Shown here: in pieces, positions 1 to 14,867 of the stretch
Numbering within the stretch: position 1 is the first letter of the stretch
Layout: each line of letters begins with the position of its first letter
Source: Octopus sinensis
Taxonomy: Eukaryota
Direction of reading: 5' to 3'
Assembly (NCBI RefSeq): GCF_006345805.1
Contig: NC_043014.1
Span: forward strand, 26,970,001 to 27,034,000
Length of the DNA: 64,000 bases
Notes under the pieces: generated by a model
Databases searched by the model: none
Told to the model about the DNA's origin: nothing
Seen by the model: only the letters and a program-made list of their open reading frames with translations
Translations under genes and position numbers: made by a program

Positions 1-67
1 CCTCCTGGCTTCCCAGACCCCGGTCACACTGTCCAAGCCGTGCTAGCACGGAAAACGGACGTTAAAC

Positions 68-97
<30 letters not shown>
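1..97 (+). mobile_element. 3' end of a SINE/LINE with RTE-like (GAT)n tail
   Basis: ...GAAAACGGACGTTAAACGAT followed by a (GAT)n tail; the 5' part lies outside the window. Confidence 0.55.
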
Positions 98-101
<4 letters not shown>

Positions 102-396
102 CCTCCTTTCTCTCCCACTTTCTCTGTTACTCTTCCTTTCTCTCGGACTCTCCCTCGTTTTCTCTTACTCTCTATCTTTATCTATCTCTCCCATTTATAA
201 ACAGCAAAAGATCTTGAGTAAGTTGAGAAATAAAATATTTAGAAAGATCAATCATAAATATCCGGCAGTAACAACGGAAAGGTCTGCTTCAAGGCAGACA
301 GCAAAACACTAACATTTAAAAGGGACAGACGAACTTGCGAGCTGAATAAAAATAATAAAATATTGGAAACCAAAGTTTGAAGGGATAGAATTTGAG

Positions 397-651
397 GATA
401 GTAGAGTCACCATGGCTGGCATTTCTTAACGACGGACAGCAACGTATTGACAGTTTAACGGCTGGCGTAAAATTTTGAACTTGATGTAAAAGAAAATCCC
501 TAAACACCAAGTTTTGAATTGATTCTTTCTCACGACAGTAGACTCACCATGGCAAGCATTCAAAACTTCTTCATCATGGACGGCAACATATTGACGATTA
601 AAAGGCTGGCGCAAATTTTTTAGCTTGACGTAACAGAGAATTGCTAAACAC
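397..651. repeat. Two diverged ~137-bp tandem copies
   Basis: 397-508 and 534-651 share the blocks GTAGA(G/C)TCACCATGG, TATTGAC, GGCTGGCG and CTAAACACC. Confidence 0.75.
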
Positions 652-908
652 CCGCTCCTTTAAATTTTAATCCCCTTCAAGCCCCATTTAGACCCCTTTT
701 CACATTTTGGTTAACATAACCCGATTTCATTCGGGTCTACTGGGGCCACATTTTATAAGATGTTGAATTTTGTCCTAGAGGTCACGCCTTTCATTTGAGG
801 AAAATATAGTTGTCATGCAAACTTGCCAGCACTTTTAACATAGATGTGCATACTTTCAGCTCAACCGACCACATAATGCACACATTATATATATGTATAT
901 GTGTGTGT

Positions 909-986
<78 letters not shown>

Positions 987-1589
987 GGAGTCTCTCTCAT
1001 ACGTGAGCGTTGACGCTGAATTCGACTGGTAAGCAGGTAACCTTGTCTTTGTTGAAATAGTTGTGAGCTGTTGGAGTTATTTCTCTGACGGGTAATAAGA
1101 ATTTCCATATCCTCCGAGGAAACGAACTGTTGACCCAGACAATTAGAATTAATTTTAATAAAAGCATCAATTTAAGAAAAAATAATAAAGTAGTAAAAAA
1201 TGAAAATTAGCACGAAAAATTTGCAGGGTTCTAAATAAATGTTAAAATGTAATAGATACGAAAAACCTATGTTATCACCAGAACACGAACGCTGGTTGGT
1301 GTGTTCTGTTTGTATTTGGTCGATCGGCGCGTTGACAGGTAGACAATAGAATGCGATGGCGATTGCGATGGAATATTTGTTTCTCTCTATGAATGCAGAC
1401 AGATACATAAGTGAAAGTTATGGGAAGGTAAGAAATAGAGTGAGTAAAAATGTGCTGGGAAGAGAGGAAATAGCGAGAGTGAGTTGAGGAAGAGACAGAT
1501 ACGTTAAATAACGGGAGTGGACTTATCAAAGTTATAAATGAAGGGGAGTTAGAGGGGAATGGAGGAAATAGCGTGAGTGAGGAAGATGG

Positions 1590-1756
1590 CCCCTAGCAAC
1601 CACACCTTTTAAGATAGGGATTTCTAAGGTAGCCCACGGGCATCGTCACCTCATTTTACATGTCCCTGTAAATTTTGGAGCGAATCGGACGGGATGTAGT
1701 GGCATTGAAAGCGAGCCAAGCGGTAAAAACGCATTTCAGTTTTATATATAGAAGAT
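1590..1756 (+). mobile_element. Possible 3' end of a non-autonomous Helitron/Helentron-associated (HINE/DINE-like) element
   Basis: AAATTTTGGAGCGAATCGG...CAGTTTTATATATAGAAGAT terminus resembles recalled HINE-type ends; the left boundary was not found. Confidence 0.35.
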
Positions 1757-1827
1757 ATATATATATATATATAGGATATTTTTAGTTGGTCTCTTAAAGA
1801 ATCTTCTCTTAAGTCTAAGGCCAGTTG

Positions 1828-2047
1828 CTTTGTTGCTGTTGTTGGTGGTGCTGTTTAGCCCCAGGTCAACTCTAATTAGTAACCTAAGGATAAAAGCCAT
1901 TCTAACCGTGACCATCCCGCCTATCTTAGGGGTACCTAGAATTACATTACCGAGTGTATCATTTCCTATTTTACGACTGTAGGATGTGATCTGAGGGAAA
2001 TTTGGCTGCTATTTATAACAGAGTGAGTGACCACATACAGTCTCTGT
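1828..2047 (-). mobile_element. Unclassified (AAC)n-tailed SINE-like repeat (family 4)
   Basis: The core CTAGAAATAGCAGCCAAATC recurs near 43860, 44600, 49420, 49860, 51610, 51665, 51920, 61100 and 62020, with an (AAC)n-like 3' tail in several copies. Confidence 0.6.
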
Positions 2048-2485
2048 TTTTGAAACAGATAACGCCACATCTTCATTGCTATTAATAATATCTTTTGATC
2101 TTGCATCATCATACATGATCGAGGCATTCATTTCTTCATCGGCTCAGAATCAATTACTCTTCAAACTGTTTTCCATCGTTATAGAGAGGCCACTACATTC
2201 TTTAAAAGAGGGCACATCTTCTGTACATATGTAAATTCAAACTTCTGAAAACAACTGACAATCGTGCAAATCCTAAGATTGTTCCACAATTTTATAATTA
2301 GATGAACTTGAAGGAGCATCAAGGATAAGTGTTCCATTTGGAAAGGCTTTGTAGTATAGTCCCTCTTCGTCTAGATTGTAGATGCTAGCAGGCCTGTAGG
2401 GCTGTGAAATCTAAAATCATAGAGCTGACACCATTAACAGCCATAGATATCGGCTGCCTTTAAGTAAAATATTTTTTAATTAAAT

Positions 2486-2837
2486 GTGGCTGAGTGGCAT
2501 GAAGCTTGCTTCTCAACTACATGGTTCCAGGTTCAGTTCCACTGCATGACACCTTGCGCAAGTGTTTTCTACTATAGCTTCGGGTCTTGAGAGTAGATTT
2601 GGTAGACGGAAACTGAAAGAAGCTTGTCGTACATACATGCGCGCGTGTATTTGTATTTGTCCCAGACCATCGCTTAACCGATGGCGTATTTATGTCCTCG
2701 TAACTTAGCGGTTCGCCAAAAGAGATCGATAGAATGAGTACTAGGCTTTAGAAAGTATTGGGGTCGATTCATTCGACTAAAATACTTCAAGGCAGTGCAC
2801 CAGCATAGCCGCAATCTAATGACCGAAACAAGTAAAA
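2486..2837 (+). mobile_element. tRNA-derived SINE, family 1 (octopus OK/OR-type)
   Basis: A-box-like GTGGCTGxGTGG and B-box GGTTCAGTxCC; core GGATTTGGTAGACGGAAACTGAAAGAAG; tail ATGACTGAAACAAGTAAAA. About 20 copies or fragments in the window. Confidence 0.85.
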
Positions 2838-3407
2838 AATGTTTTGTTGGTCTTTTTTGTAAAACGACTACTTTAGCTTGTGACTGAACCAATTATTTTA
2901 TGCTTAATGCACCTGGTCCTAATTATTAACATTGATTAATTCAAAGTTTGTAATATTCACACAAACACACACACGCATGCACACGCACACCACACACATA
3001 CACACACTTGGTATATAATCATGTACACATTTGTTGTTGGGTAACGAACATTACCAAGCTTGAAGTAAAATAACATAGACATGAGCAGCCGAGAGAAGAC
3101 GAAAGATGAATACCAGCCTCTATGTGTGCACAGGCAACCTCTGCGTTATAGCTAACTCCGGTTACGGGTTTTCATACTTACAGAAATTTTGAAATATGAC
3201 CATTAATTTCGGGATACTGTCTGGAATTTCGTTCTTCCTGAAACTCGTACTGCATAGTTTTAAATTTAAAACTACGCTTTCTTCGTATTTCAATGGCCAC
3301 CTGCGTTTTAGTTAAGACCAAAGTATAAAGTTAACAATTTGGAAAACTATCATCACCTTACATACATACATACACAGGCATACACACATGCATATAAAAT
3401 GTACATA

Positions 3408-3456
<49 letters not shown>

Positions 3457-4067
3457 AACACACATATCAAATTATCAAATTAAATACACAATTTAAAGAG
3501 TTACTAATAGTGTCATGGTATTATGATACTTGAACAGTCATATTTATAAAATACGTCATGTATCTTAAAGCAAACTTTCAGGCTCTATTTATGCGTTATG
3601 TATGTATGTATGTATGTATGTATGTATGTATGTATGTATGTATGTATGTATGTATGTATTATGTATGTATGCATGTGTATGCGTGTGTGTGTGTGTGTGT
3701 GTGTGTGTACGTGCATGTGCGCGTACATGTGCTTCTATCATCAACACGAAGACAACTACCAATAGCAACAATAATACAGAAATCTCTTGCTTTATGAAAG
3801 TAATGCATTAATAAAAATCTGGCCGTAAAGTGAAATTCCATAATGCGAAATTGATTTTCCTATTGATTTTGATATTATCAAATGAGTCCTACGGTCTTTT
3901 TCGTAAGAAAAAAGGAAACACAAGGAAACAACAGACAGCAAGCAACACGATCACCTCTATGCATGAAAATAGCTATTTCTAAACATACACGGTACAAAAT
4001 AGATACATTCAAATACAAAAACATTTAAAGAAAAGTTAGGGAATTCATACGAATCATAATATCGTTA

Positions 4068-4640
4068 GAGTACGTTCCTATCACAAAAGATGGTGACTAC
4101 AGTGTGAGGGGCTGGGGTGGAATGAGCATTGCTAGGAGGTTGAAGGACAATATTTACCATTTTATAGTTCATTATCACGAACATAAGCTTGAGGAGTGAA
4201 GAATTTAAAAGCTGTTTGTTGTTTATGGTATACCATCTCTTTGTACAGCTCAGTATAGGAAGTGAGTTCATTGTAAACTCCTCTTGTAATTTTTATGCTA
4301 CGTTCACGATTAGAATTATTTTCATCAAAACTGCAAACCTTCCCCTATAAGTGCCAATCCTTAAGCAATAATCTTCATAGTCAATTTCAGTTGTGTAGAT
4401 GGAAATTTTGTTGACTCCTCTGTATTCCCTGCGTCTTCTTTTTCTAACAGGATCAACTTCTTGTTAGATACTAGCAACTCAATCACATCATCCTCTATGA
4501 CTTCTTCAAATCTTACATCCTTTACACAGTATCTTTCCAAATTTGATGTAGACTTTCTGTTTGAGGAAAACTTGTAATGTCATGGGTATTGTCTGGTCAT
4601 ATACTTTATCAAGCGCTATTTAAAGTTGCAAGCTTCACCT
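4068..4640 (-). pseudogene. Tigger/pogo transposase C-terminal remnant, interrupted by gypsy element A
   Basis: Manual translation gives FDENNSNRERSIKITRGVYNELTSYTELYKEMVYHKQQTAFKFF and EEVIEDDVIELLVS, similar to Tigger C-termini. Confidence 0.55.
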
Positions 4641-4844
4641 TGTTGTATCCCCAATTGTTATAACGATACTCTTTTTTATACTATATAACCTTGTAGTAAC
4701 AATAACATAAAACAAGTAAGGTAACAACAACATAACAATCCAACCAACTCTCCACGAACTCTACACGAACCAAAACGATATTTCGACAACTACCAAACGA
4801 CACCTTACAACACGATTAACGGCTACTCTCTCTCTCTCTCTCTT

Positions 4845-4904
<60 letters not shown>

Positions 4905-4972
4905 AGATCGCTACTATTTATAGTCGTTCGGTCAAGTCTATTCTCGCAGAGTGTGTCGTGAATCTCGCCACA
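4641..4972 (-). repeat. 3' LTR of element A
   Basis: TG...CA ends on the minus strand, internal (GA)n tract, adjacent PPT; homologous to 11242-11430. Confidence 0.9.
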
Positions 4973-5378
4973 TCTCCCCTTTTGAGATTTCGACTTCTGT
5001 GGGAAACGAAATATATTTTATTTTATTATTTCTTCTTTCTTTCCAACACCTCTCCCTTTTTAAAATTTTGCTTCCCAAGGGAGTTCAGTACCTTTTCCAC
5101 TTAGAAATTATGTTCAGTCTGTTTACGTTTTCTGTTACTGCTCCTTCTATGCTCAATCTCTTTCGGTGTTGGAACATCGGACATGTCGTAAAACACTTCC
5201 ATTGGAGTTACCTTCTTTTCTACTGTATGTCTGCTTTTTAATTGATTTAGGTGTCGTTTATGTTCTCATCGTTGGCCTTTTATTAAATACATCATTGTTA
5301 CACATTCATATCTATGTGTATACGTAGGTATACGTGTGTAGAATACATCCCCACTTTTGGCACTATTTTGTTAGTAAA

Positions 5379-6290
5379 GATATTCCCAGAACACATGACA
5401 CAAGAGGATAAAGTCAAAGAAGGAATCCTCACACCAAGTGATGTAATCCTCACTGCGTACGGAGGTACCAGGATTCCACAACTGGGCAAAACATCAATCA
5501 CAGGGACACACAAAGGAAAAATAATCAAGTGTTCTTTTTATGTCACAAGAACAGAAGGACCAGCAATTCTTCGACTTAATACCTGTCAAAAGCTTAATAT
5601 TGTGTCAATCAATGGTGAAGTGAAGGCAGCTCCGAGCAGGATTGACAGATATGCCTATCAAAGACCGACCACCAATCACAAACAAAGAAGAATTGATAAG
5701 CATGTACCCTGAATGCTTTGACGATACAGTCGGGTGCTTTGTGAAATGTCGATACCATATAACAGTCGACCCCAATATCAAACCAATTGTTCACCCACCT
5801 CGCTGCGTCCCTCTAGAACTAAACGAGAAGCTGAAGGCAGAGTTGGACAGAAAGGAAGAAAAAAGAAATAATCACCAAAGTGACACGACCAACAGACTGG
5901 GTGAATTCAGTTGTAATAAAAAAAAAACCCAATGGTACCCCACGGATATGCCTCGACCCAAGGGACCTGAACAAGGCATTAAAAAGAGAGTACCATCCAA
6001 TTCCAGCCCTTGAAGAAATCACACCATCATTAGCTGGTTCCAACATATTCAGCAAACTGTATGCCAGTAATGGGTACTGGAATGTAAAGATAGACAAAGA
6101 GTCATCCATGCTCACTACCTTCAACACATCATTTGGCAGATATCGATTCAACCGACTCCCATTTGAATTGAAGGTGAGCCAAGATGTTTTCCAGCGCCAA
6201 ATAGATGAGACCTACCAAGGCTGCAAGGGAGCAGTTGGGATGGCAAGGATGAGACCACACATGAAGCTATGGAGAAAACCCGACAAGCAG
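5379..6290 (+). pseudogene. Protease and RT fragments of element B
   Basis: ILTAYGGTRIPQLG; PTDWVNSVVIKKKPNGTPRICLDPRDLNKA...GRYRFNRLPF; frameshifted, and no YxDD motif was found. Confidence 0.9.
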
Positions 6291-7089
6291 ACTTCTTTTG
6301 TTTTCGTATCGTTGTGTATGCCTCATTTTTTTTTCTGGTCGTCATTTCTCATCTCATGCGCATTTATTGTGTCGACTGCCAAGAATTCCTCCACTGAGGT
6401 GTTTTGTTCTTGTTGTTGGGCATCTATATCTCTTTGTTTTCTATTTCCGCTCCTCTTTAAAAATTGGGGCTTGTATTTCTGGGATTTTGTTAGCCTACAC
6501 ATTTTTTCCAGTGGTTGGGTTTTCCACATGCTTTGCAGTGTGTACCGAATGCAGGACATTTCTTCCGGTTATTGAACTCATGCTCCATACCACAGTACTG
6601 GCATGTTCTTTGTTTGCGGGTATGTTTCGTCCTATACCTAGATACAATATCTACACTGCTGCCTAGTGCGCTTGTTTGTAAAGTAAGTGAGGCCATTTGT
6701 TTGGTAGTGGCTTCGAATGCTCTTGCAGTCTACTGCTTCCATTAACTGGAGAGTGTCCTTACCTATGAGGGATTTCTGGACTTCTTTATGAGCATATTAA
6801 TTGATCAACAATCCTTTCGTCCTTGTCTTTGAATTTGCATTTCTCGGCAACATTCTTCAGTCTGGACAGGAGATTGTCAATCGTTTCATGTGGGTCTTGT
6901 TTCAGGCCCTGGAATTTGTATCTGTGAATTCTATGGTTCGATCTGGGCTCTAGGTGCCTTTCAAATTTCTTTAAAAGTGTGTCTGGGTTATTGCAATCGG
7001 ATTCTGACATGTCCCAGCTATTGAATAGATCTAGGCCCTTCTCTCCTGTCCATAAAAGGATGTAGCTTACCCTTTCATCGGCGGTTGTA
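6291..7089 (-). pseudogene. Inverted gag fragment of element B
   Basis: ERVSYILLWTGEKGLDLF, HRYKFQGLKQDPHETIDNLLSRLKNVAEKCKF, and zinc knuckles CQYCG...H...C / CKACGKPNHW. Confidence 0.88.
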
Positions 7090-7559
7090 CCTTTCAGGAA
7101 TCCTGATGGCTGGATCCCGAATAATTATACCCAAGTCAATGCAAAAAGAGATTCTTGACAAGATCCATCAAGGGCATCTAGGAATGGAAAAATGCAAGCT
7201 CCGAACTAAGTCAGCAGTATATTGGGTAGGCATGTACAAAGACATAGAAAAGACAGTTTCTACATGCCACATCTGCAAAAGTACAGAAACTCACAACAAA
7301 AGGGATGTTACACATTCATATCTATGTGTATATGTAGGTATACGTGTGTAGAATACATCCCCACTTTTGGCACTATTTTGTTAGTAAACAGTACAAACTG
7401 TGTCTAAAGAGAATGTGTATTACTACACTGAATGTTGACAGTTCGTGTATCAGATAAAGTGAATAAACACGTAAACAATAACAATGCCTTCATTGAGTTG
7501 TCTATCAGCCCATCGAGAACGAAACAATGCATAACAATCATGTTTCCAATTATTTTACT

Positions 7560-9770
7560 CACTACATCATTCTGCCAACTCTCTTTACGGTTCTTGTATA
7601 CTTTGAAATGAACTTTGTTTCCGACATCAAAATGTTTAGTTGAATATTTTGTATTTTCTCTATGTTTTTTTTTTCCTTTGGCAACAATTTGTCGAAGAAC
7701 GATTTAATCTTTCGAGCGAACATTAGCACTGCAGGCGACTTGCCTGAACTGGTATTCGGATTGGGCGTAATTCTGTACACCCTTAAGAATTTAATTAGCA
7801 CTTCGTCATTTCCTAACTCATCCCTTACTTATTTTAACATTCGCTTGAAAGTATCCACGAATTGTTCTGCTTGCCCATTTGACCTCGGGTGATAGTGCGA
7901 AGCAAACATGTGCTTGATTGCAGAATTTCTTGAATTCGTATCCTGTAAATTGTGTTCCATTATCTGATACTATGGTGTCCGAAACATCATATCAAGCAAA
8001 ACGTTTATGCAGGAATTTTATTGTTGCCTTTAAATAGGTTGACTGCACCTATATACTTCCAGCCACTTAGTAAAGCTATCAGTAATGATCAAGCAGTAGG
8101 CGTCATTCACTGGTCCAGCGTAGTCTATATGTACACTGGATCACAGACTATCCGTCTCAGGCTACTATTGGTACTTCACCGGTGGTACCTTGGCTGCTAG
8201 CGCACGCCCTCTACAGGATTTTACGAAATTTTCAATGTTCCGGCCCATTGTCGGCCAATACATGTAACTCCTCATCAAAGCTTTCATTCTTGACATCACC
8301 GGGTGTCCACTATGAAATCCGTGTAATATCCGTTTCTGTAGCGCAGTTGGTACTACCACTCTTTGTGCGTACATTAATACATCGTCGCAGAGTGAAAAAT
8401 GGTTCGCATTCGTGTTTCTCTTTTGTTTATTTTTCAAGGTTTCCTTCATTGTTATGATGTATTTGTCCTTTGCTGATTTACTTTTTATATCATGTACAGT
8501 CACTGGCAACTCTTGAATGACATTACACATAACGTTTTTAATTTTCTTTTCTGATTGTAATGTAGTTATCACTGTATCTATCAGCAGTTCCACATTCTTC
8601 GGAATAAACCTAGATAAACAACCTGCATGACCAATTTTCTTAGAAGGAATGTACTCCATCTTAAAGTTGTAATTCAACAATATTGTACCCCAGCGTTGTA
8701 ATCTGTTAGCTGAATGGATAGGAATTCCTTTCTTCGATCCGAAAACAGATAGTAATGGTCGGCAGTCCGTCTGAAGCCGAAAACTTCTACCGTGGAGAAA
8801 TCTGTGAAATTTCTTCACGGCAAAAATAATCGCCAGGGCTTCTTTCTCTATCTGACTGAAACTTTTTTTTCTGCTGTAATCAGAGCACATGGGGCATGAA
8901 CCACCGCCTTCATATTACCGTCTTTATATTTGTGTGGTAAAACTGCTCCTACGCCGTAGTCAGAATCTCCGCTGCAGGATCGAAATGAGCCAGCAACAAA
9001 TCCGAAATTGATATTTTTTTAATATCCTGAAACGCCTTTTGACAGTTATTTGACCAATTGGCGTCTTTCTTTAGCAAATTATTAAGTGGAGCTCTTAATT
9101 CATACATGTTTGGTATGTAATTTTGATAATAGTTTGCTAGGTCAAGAAAAGCTTGTAATGTCACTTTGTTAGTTGGGGGAGGCATATTTTTAATTGGTCT
9201 ACCTTCGACAGGTCAGGACGTCTTTCATTTTTATCTAGAATTGGTCCTAAACATTTAATTTTAGACAAAAAGAATTCACATATCTCTTAACTTAGTGTGA
9301 AACCATAGTCTCTTAATTTTTGAAAAACACGCTTCACATATTCGATATGCTGATCACGAGATTCACTTTTAATCAATACATCATCGAGGAATTGTAAATT
9401 GACAATCCGCCAACATCGCGTCCATAACCTGTTGAAATATTGCAGGTGCGACCTTCAGACCAAAGGCAATCTGTAATATTTGTATAGTCCTCAGTGCGTA
9501 TTCACAGTTAGAAGCTTCGAGCATTCCTCATCTACTTTAATTTGTAGATACGCATCAGACAGATCCAGTTTCGAAAATATTTTGCCACCATTTAATTTTG
9601 CAAAAATATCCTCGAGTAGGCAGTGGATAGTAGCACATTTTTAGACAGTCATTCAAACCAGTAGAAAAATCGGCACACACCCTGAATTTATTTCTTCCTC
9701 TACCTGCATTATCGCATTAAATGGTGCCTTTCTATTAGGTTTGAATACAGGTACAACATTTTCCTTTATT
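7560..9770 (-). pseudogene. pol (RT-RNase H-integrase) of element A
   Basis: ORF track 8165-8890, 8949-9185 and 7562-7801, plus manually read RT motifs at 9250-9760. Confidence 0.92.
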
Positions 9771-11429
9771 TGAAAACAGGCCTCAGTTTTACAATAGAGA
9801 CCTAATTTATCCAACAGCATTTCAGGAAACAAAATTTTTTCTTCAATTCAGCTGCTGAGCTATTTTCACTTGTGGGGCAGCTATTTATTTTTTTTACAGA
9901 GCAGACTTATGGGGGGATCCCATAAGTCAAACAATTCCAACCAGTCCGTACCGAACAGATTGGTTGTGTTGTTTACCACGAAAACTTTTGCTCGACAGGT
10001 TTTCCCCGAAATGCAATATCACACCACATTTCGCCTACAAAGTGTAGATTTTCACCTGTCACGCAACGTGCAATTTTTTATGCTTTTCTCAACATAGGTT
10101 TCCCAATTCTTTTCCAAGTGTTGGTATTAATAATCGAGATGTCGCTACCAGTGTCTAGTTGTAGTTTAATATTCACTTCGTTTACTTTTACATGTACAAA
10201 TTTACTCCTTTTGGTGTCACTTCTACTTTCCGTTGAGAAAACTTCAGAATTTTTTATGTTGGACCTTCCTAACTTAGCTCTGCAATGTGAGGTCTTGTGT
10301 CCTACTATTTGGCGACTGTAACATTTTTACTTTTTGAAAGGACAATCCTTCCTGAAATATAGGGCCCCACAACTGTAGCATGGATTTTGTCTTAACATTC
10401 ATTTTGGGTTAAAACGGCCGACATGCTCGTACTTGTGAGAACTCCTTCTCTTCAATTTTCTTTATATCTTGACGTAAGTTTACCATTCTTTGACACTCTT
10501 CTGCAACTGTATGCAGGGTTAAACTTTGGTCCGCTTGTTCAAGTTTTGTGAGAATTTATGCACGTATCTTCGCATCTTTGATTACCGTGAGCCCTTGTAC
10601 AAAAACGAGACACTTAAACTTATCAGGAGTTAGTTCCTTCAGTTTAAACCTTTCGCACATTCGGTTTACGGTCCCAGCATACGTAACAAAGTCTTAATCC
10701 TCTTTTTTTTTTTAAATTCCAACACTTCCATCGAGTGTTAAATAGGAAACTCTTATCATTGAATATTTTTGATAGTAGTTCGACTGTTTCCTGCAAACAA
10801 ATTTCACTAGTTTGTTGGAGTAGTATGAAATTACAGTATTTTTCATGTTCAGCTGGCGCTAATTTTTGTAATAATTGTCTTACTTTTTCGTTGTCCGTTC
10901 ACGACTTGCAAACTTCCCAGAAGATTTCTTCGTACCTTCTAAAGTACGCTGCAAACGTTATGCCCTCCTCCGGGTCATAACTGAATTCTGTTATAGAGTT
11001 CGATACGCCGTCTGGCGAAAACGAACTTATAGTGTTTCTGGACTTCTTAAGACATAGTTCCATTAACTGCTGTTGTTTTTCTTGTTGCTGAAGTTGTTGT
11101 TTCTGCCACTCCCGTTACTGTTCTTGCTGCTGTTCTTGCAACTGTATTGTAGAAGCTAATAGATCTTCCATAAATAACAACTTTGTATCACAAAAATTTG
11201 TTAACTGACCTGTGTGAGCTTCGAATCCTTGTCGCCAGTATTGTTGTATCGCCAATTCTTATGGCGATACTTTTTTTACGCTATAACCGTGTAGTAACAA
11301 TAACATATAATGAAGCAGAGTAACAACAACGTAACAATCCAACAAACCCTCCACGAACTATATGTGAACCAACAAACGATATTTCGACAACTACCAAAAC
11401 GACACCTTACGACTTCCTGCGATTAACGC

Positions 11430-12525
<1,096 letters not shown>

Positions 12526-12676
12526 AAATATGTATATACACACACACACACACACACACGACGGGCTCCTTTCAGTTTCCGTCTACCAAATCCACTCACA
12601 AGGCTTTGGTCGGCCCGAAGCTATAGTAGATACTTACCCAAGGTACTACACAGTGGGACCATGGGCAAGTGTCTTC

Positions 12677-12773
<97 letters not shown>

Positions 12774-13715
12774 TTATAGAAGGAGCTTCTACAGGACTAG
12801 AACTGTTTCATTCAAAAGAAATCATCAGTTGGTGCTTATATATATATAAGCACCAACTTAAATATATACGTGTGTGTGTGTTTGGGTATACACTCCAAAT
12901 CCCGTAACCTGAGACAGCTGTAAGGTGGGGTATACCTGTATATACATATAAGTGCGCGTGTATGGATGTGTTTGGACATGCTGACAGAACTATATAGATT
13001 AAATAATTGACTGATTAACCAAATTGATTGAACGTTCGACTGATTAATTGGTTGATTGATTTGACTGAATAAACGAGAGAGCGTGAGAGGAATAGAGAGA
13101 GGGAAATTATACAGACACATACACACACACATACACACACACATACACACACACACATACACACACATATATAAGAAGAGAAAGAGAGTGGGATGTAAGA
13201 TAGAGAAAATAATTGAAAAGAAAAATGTTTTGAAATGCACGTATGAATAAGACAGAGGAAGAGAGGGGTAGATAGAAAAGTGTAAGTGAGAGGAGAAATT
13301 AGAGAGCAAGGTATTATCCGAAATCGATAAATCCCCACCACACACACACATACCAACTATATCTATCACTACTGCGCCTCTGTCGTACGCCGAAATCGAT
13401 AGATACCCACACAACCTATCAATATGCACCATTGTCATCTGCTAATCAACAACCACAAATCAAATGAATCTTTATTTCTCACGTATTTTACACTTCTCGG
13501 TGCCAACATAATCGTTAATCCCCATTGATGTTTCTTCCCATCTCTTCCTTCCATTCCACACCAATTTTTCTCTCTTTTCTTGTCTCTCACTCTCTGTTTC
13601 TCTCTCTTTCTCTCTCTTTCTCTACCCCCTCCCTCTCACACACACACACACTTATACATACACACTCACTTCTACTTCTACTTCTACTTCTATCTATCTA
13701 TCTATCTATCTATCC

Positions 13716-13761
<46 letters not shown>

Positions 13762-13882
13762 TTATATATCTATCTATTGCTCTCTTTGAGTGTGTGCATG
13801 CGCGCCCGCGCCCGCGTGTGTATCCATTGGAAACGCATCTTACTAATATACTAAAAAAGCATTCATATGCATGTGTGTGTAT

Positions 13883-13976
<94 letters not shown>

Positions 13977-14297
13977 GGCGTCCTCTCTCCCATTTCTTTT
14001 TTATACACTCTACCTTCCTCTCTCTCTCTCTTCGTACACCGACACGTGTATACGTATGTCTAAATATCTATGCACATAGAAGCACATACATTTATAAATA
14101 TATACAAATGCTTGCACATATCTTGTCTTATACTTGTTTCATTCATTAGACTGCGGTTTCGCTGTGGCATTGCCTTGAAGAATTTTGGTAGAGGGAATCG
14201 ACTTCAGTACTTTTATAAAGCCTGCTACTAATTCTATCACTCTCTTTTGCCGAACTGCAAAGTTATGGAAGCGTAGATAAACCATCACTAGTTGTCA

Positions 14298-14362
<65 letters not shown>

Positions 14363-14377
14363 CATATGCCAGAACAG

Positions 14378-14460
14378 GCACAGGCACGGCTGTGTGATAA
14401 CAAGCTTGCTTCCTAACCACATGTTTCCGAGTTTTAGTAGACGGAAACTGAAAGAAGCCG

Positions 14461-14506
<46 letters not shown>

Positions 14507-14720
14507 CTATTTATGTATCTTTGTATCTGTTTGACCCCTACCATCGCTTCACAACCGATGCTGGTGTGTTTACGTTCCCGTAACTTAGTGGTTCGGCAAA
14601 AGAAGCCGACAAAGTGAGTACCAAACTTAAAAAGATATAAGTACTCAAGTCGATTCTTTCTAGTAAAAACTCTTCAAAGCAGTGATCCAGCATGACCGCA
14701 TTCTAATGACTGAAATAAGT

Positions 14721-14725
<5 letters not shown>
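14378..14725 (+). mobile_element. SINE family 1 copy (internally deleted)
   Basis: Head, core and tail motifs as at 2486-2837. Confidence 0.8.
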
Positions 14726-14751
<26 letters not shown>

Positions 14752-14867
14752 CCAAAGTGTACGTACGCCGCTATATGTTTTACAAAAAACGGACGTCCCT
14801 TTTTTGTATCACCTAACTGGATGTTTTGCGTTCTTGTCCTATTTTGTATTTTTTATATATAAAATAT

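Larger units (their letters stand above)
5296..7536 (+). mobile_element. Nested, rearranged Ty3/gypsy element B
   Basis: TSD ATCAT at 5291-5295 and 7537-7541; 3' LTR 7306-7536 (TGTTA...TAACA) after PPT AAAAGGGA; 5' LTR truncated to 5296-5378; protease and RT on +, gag on -, integrase N-terminus on +. Confidence 0.93.
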
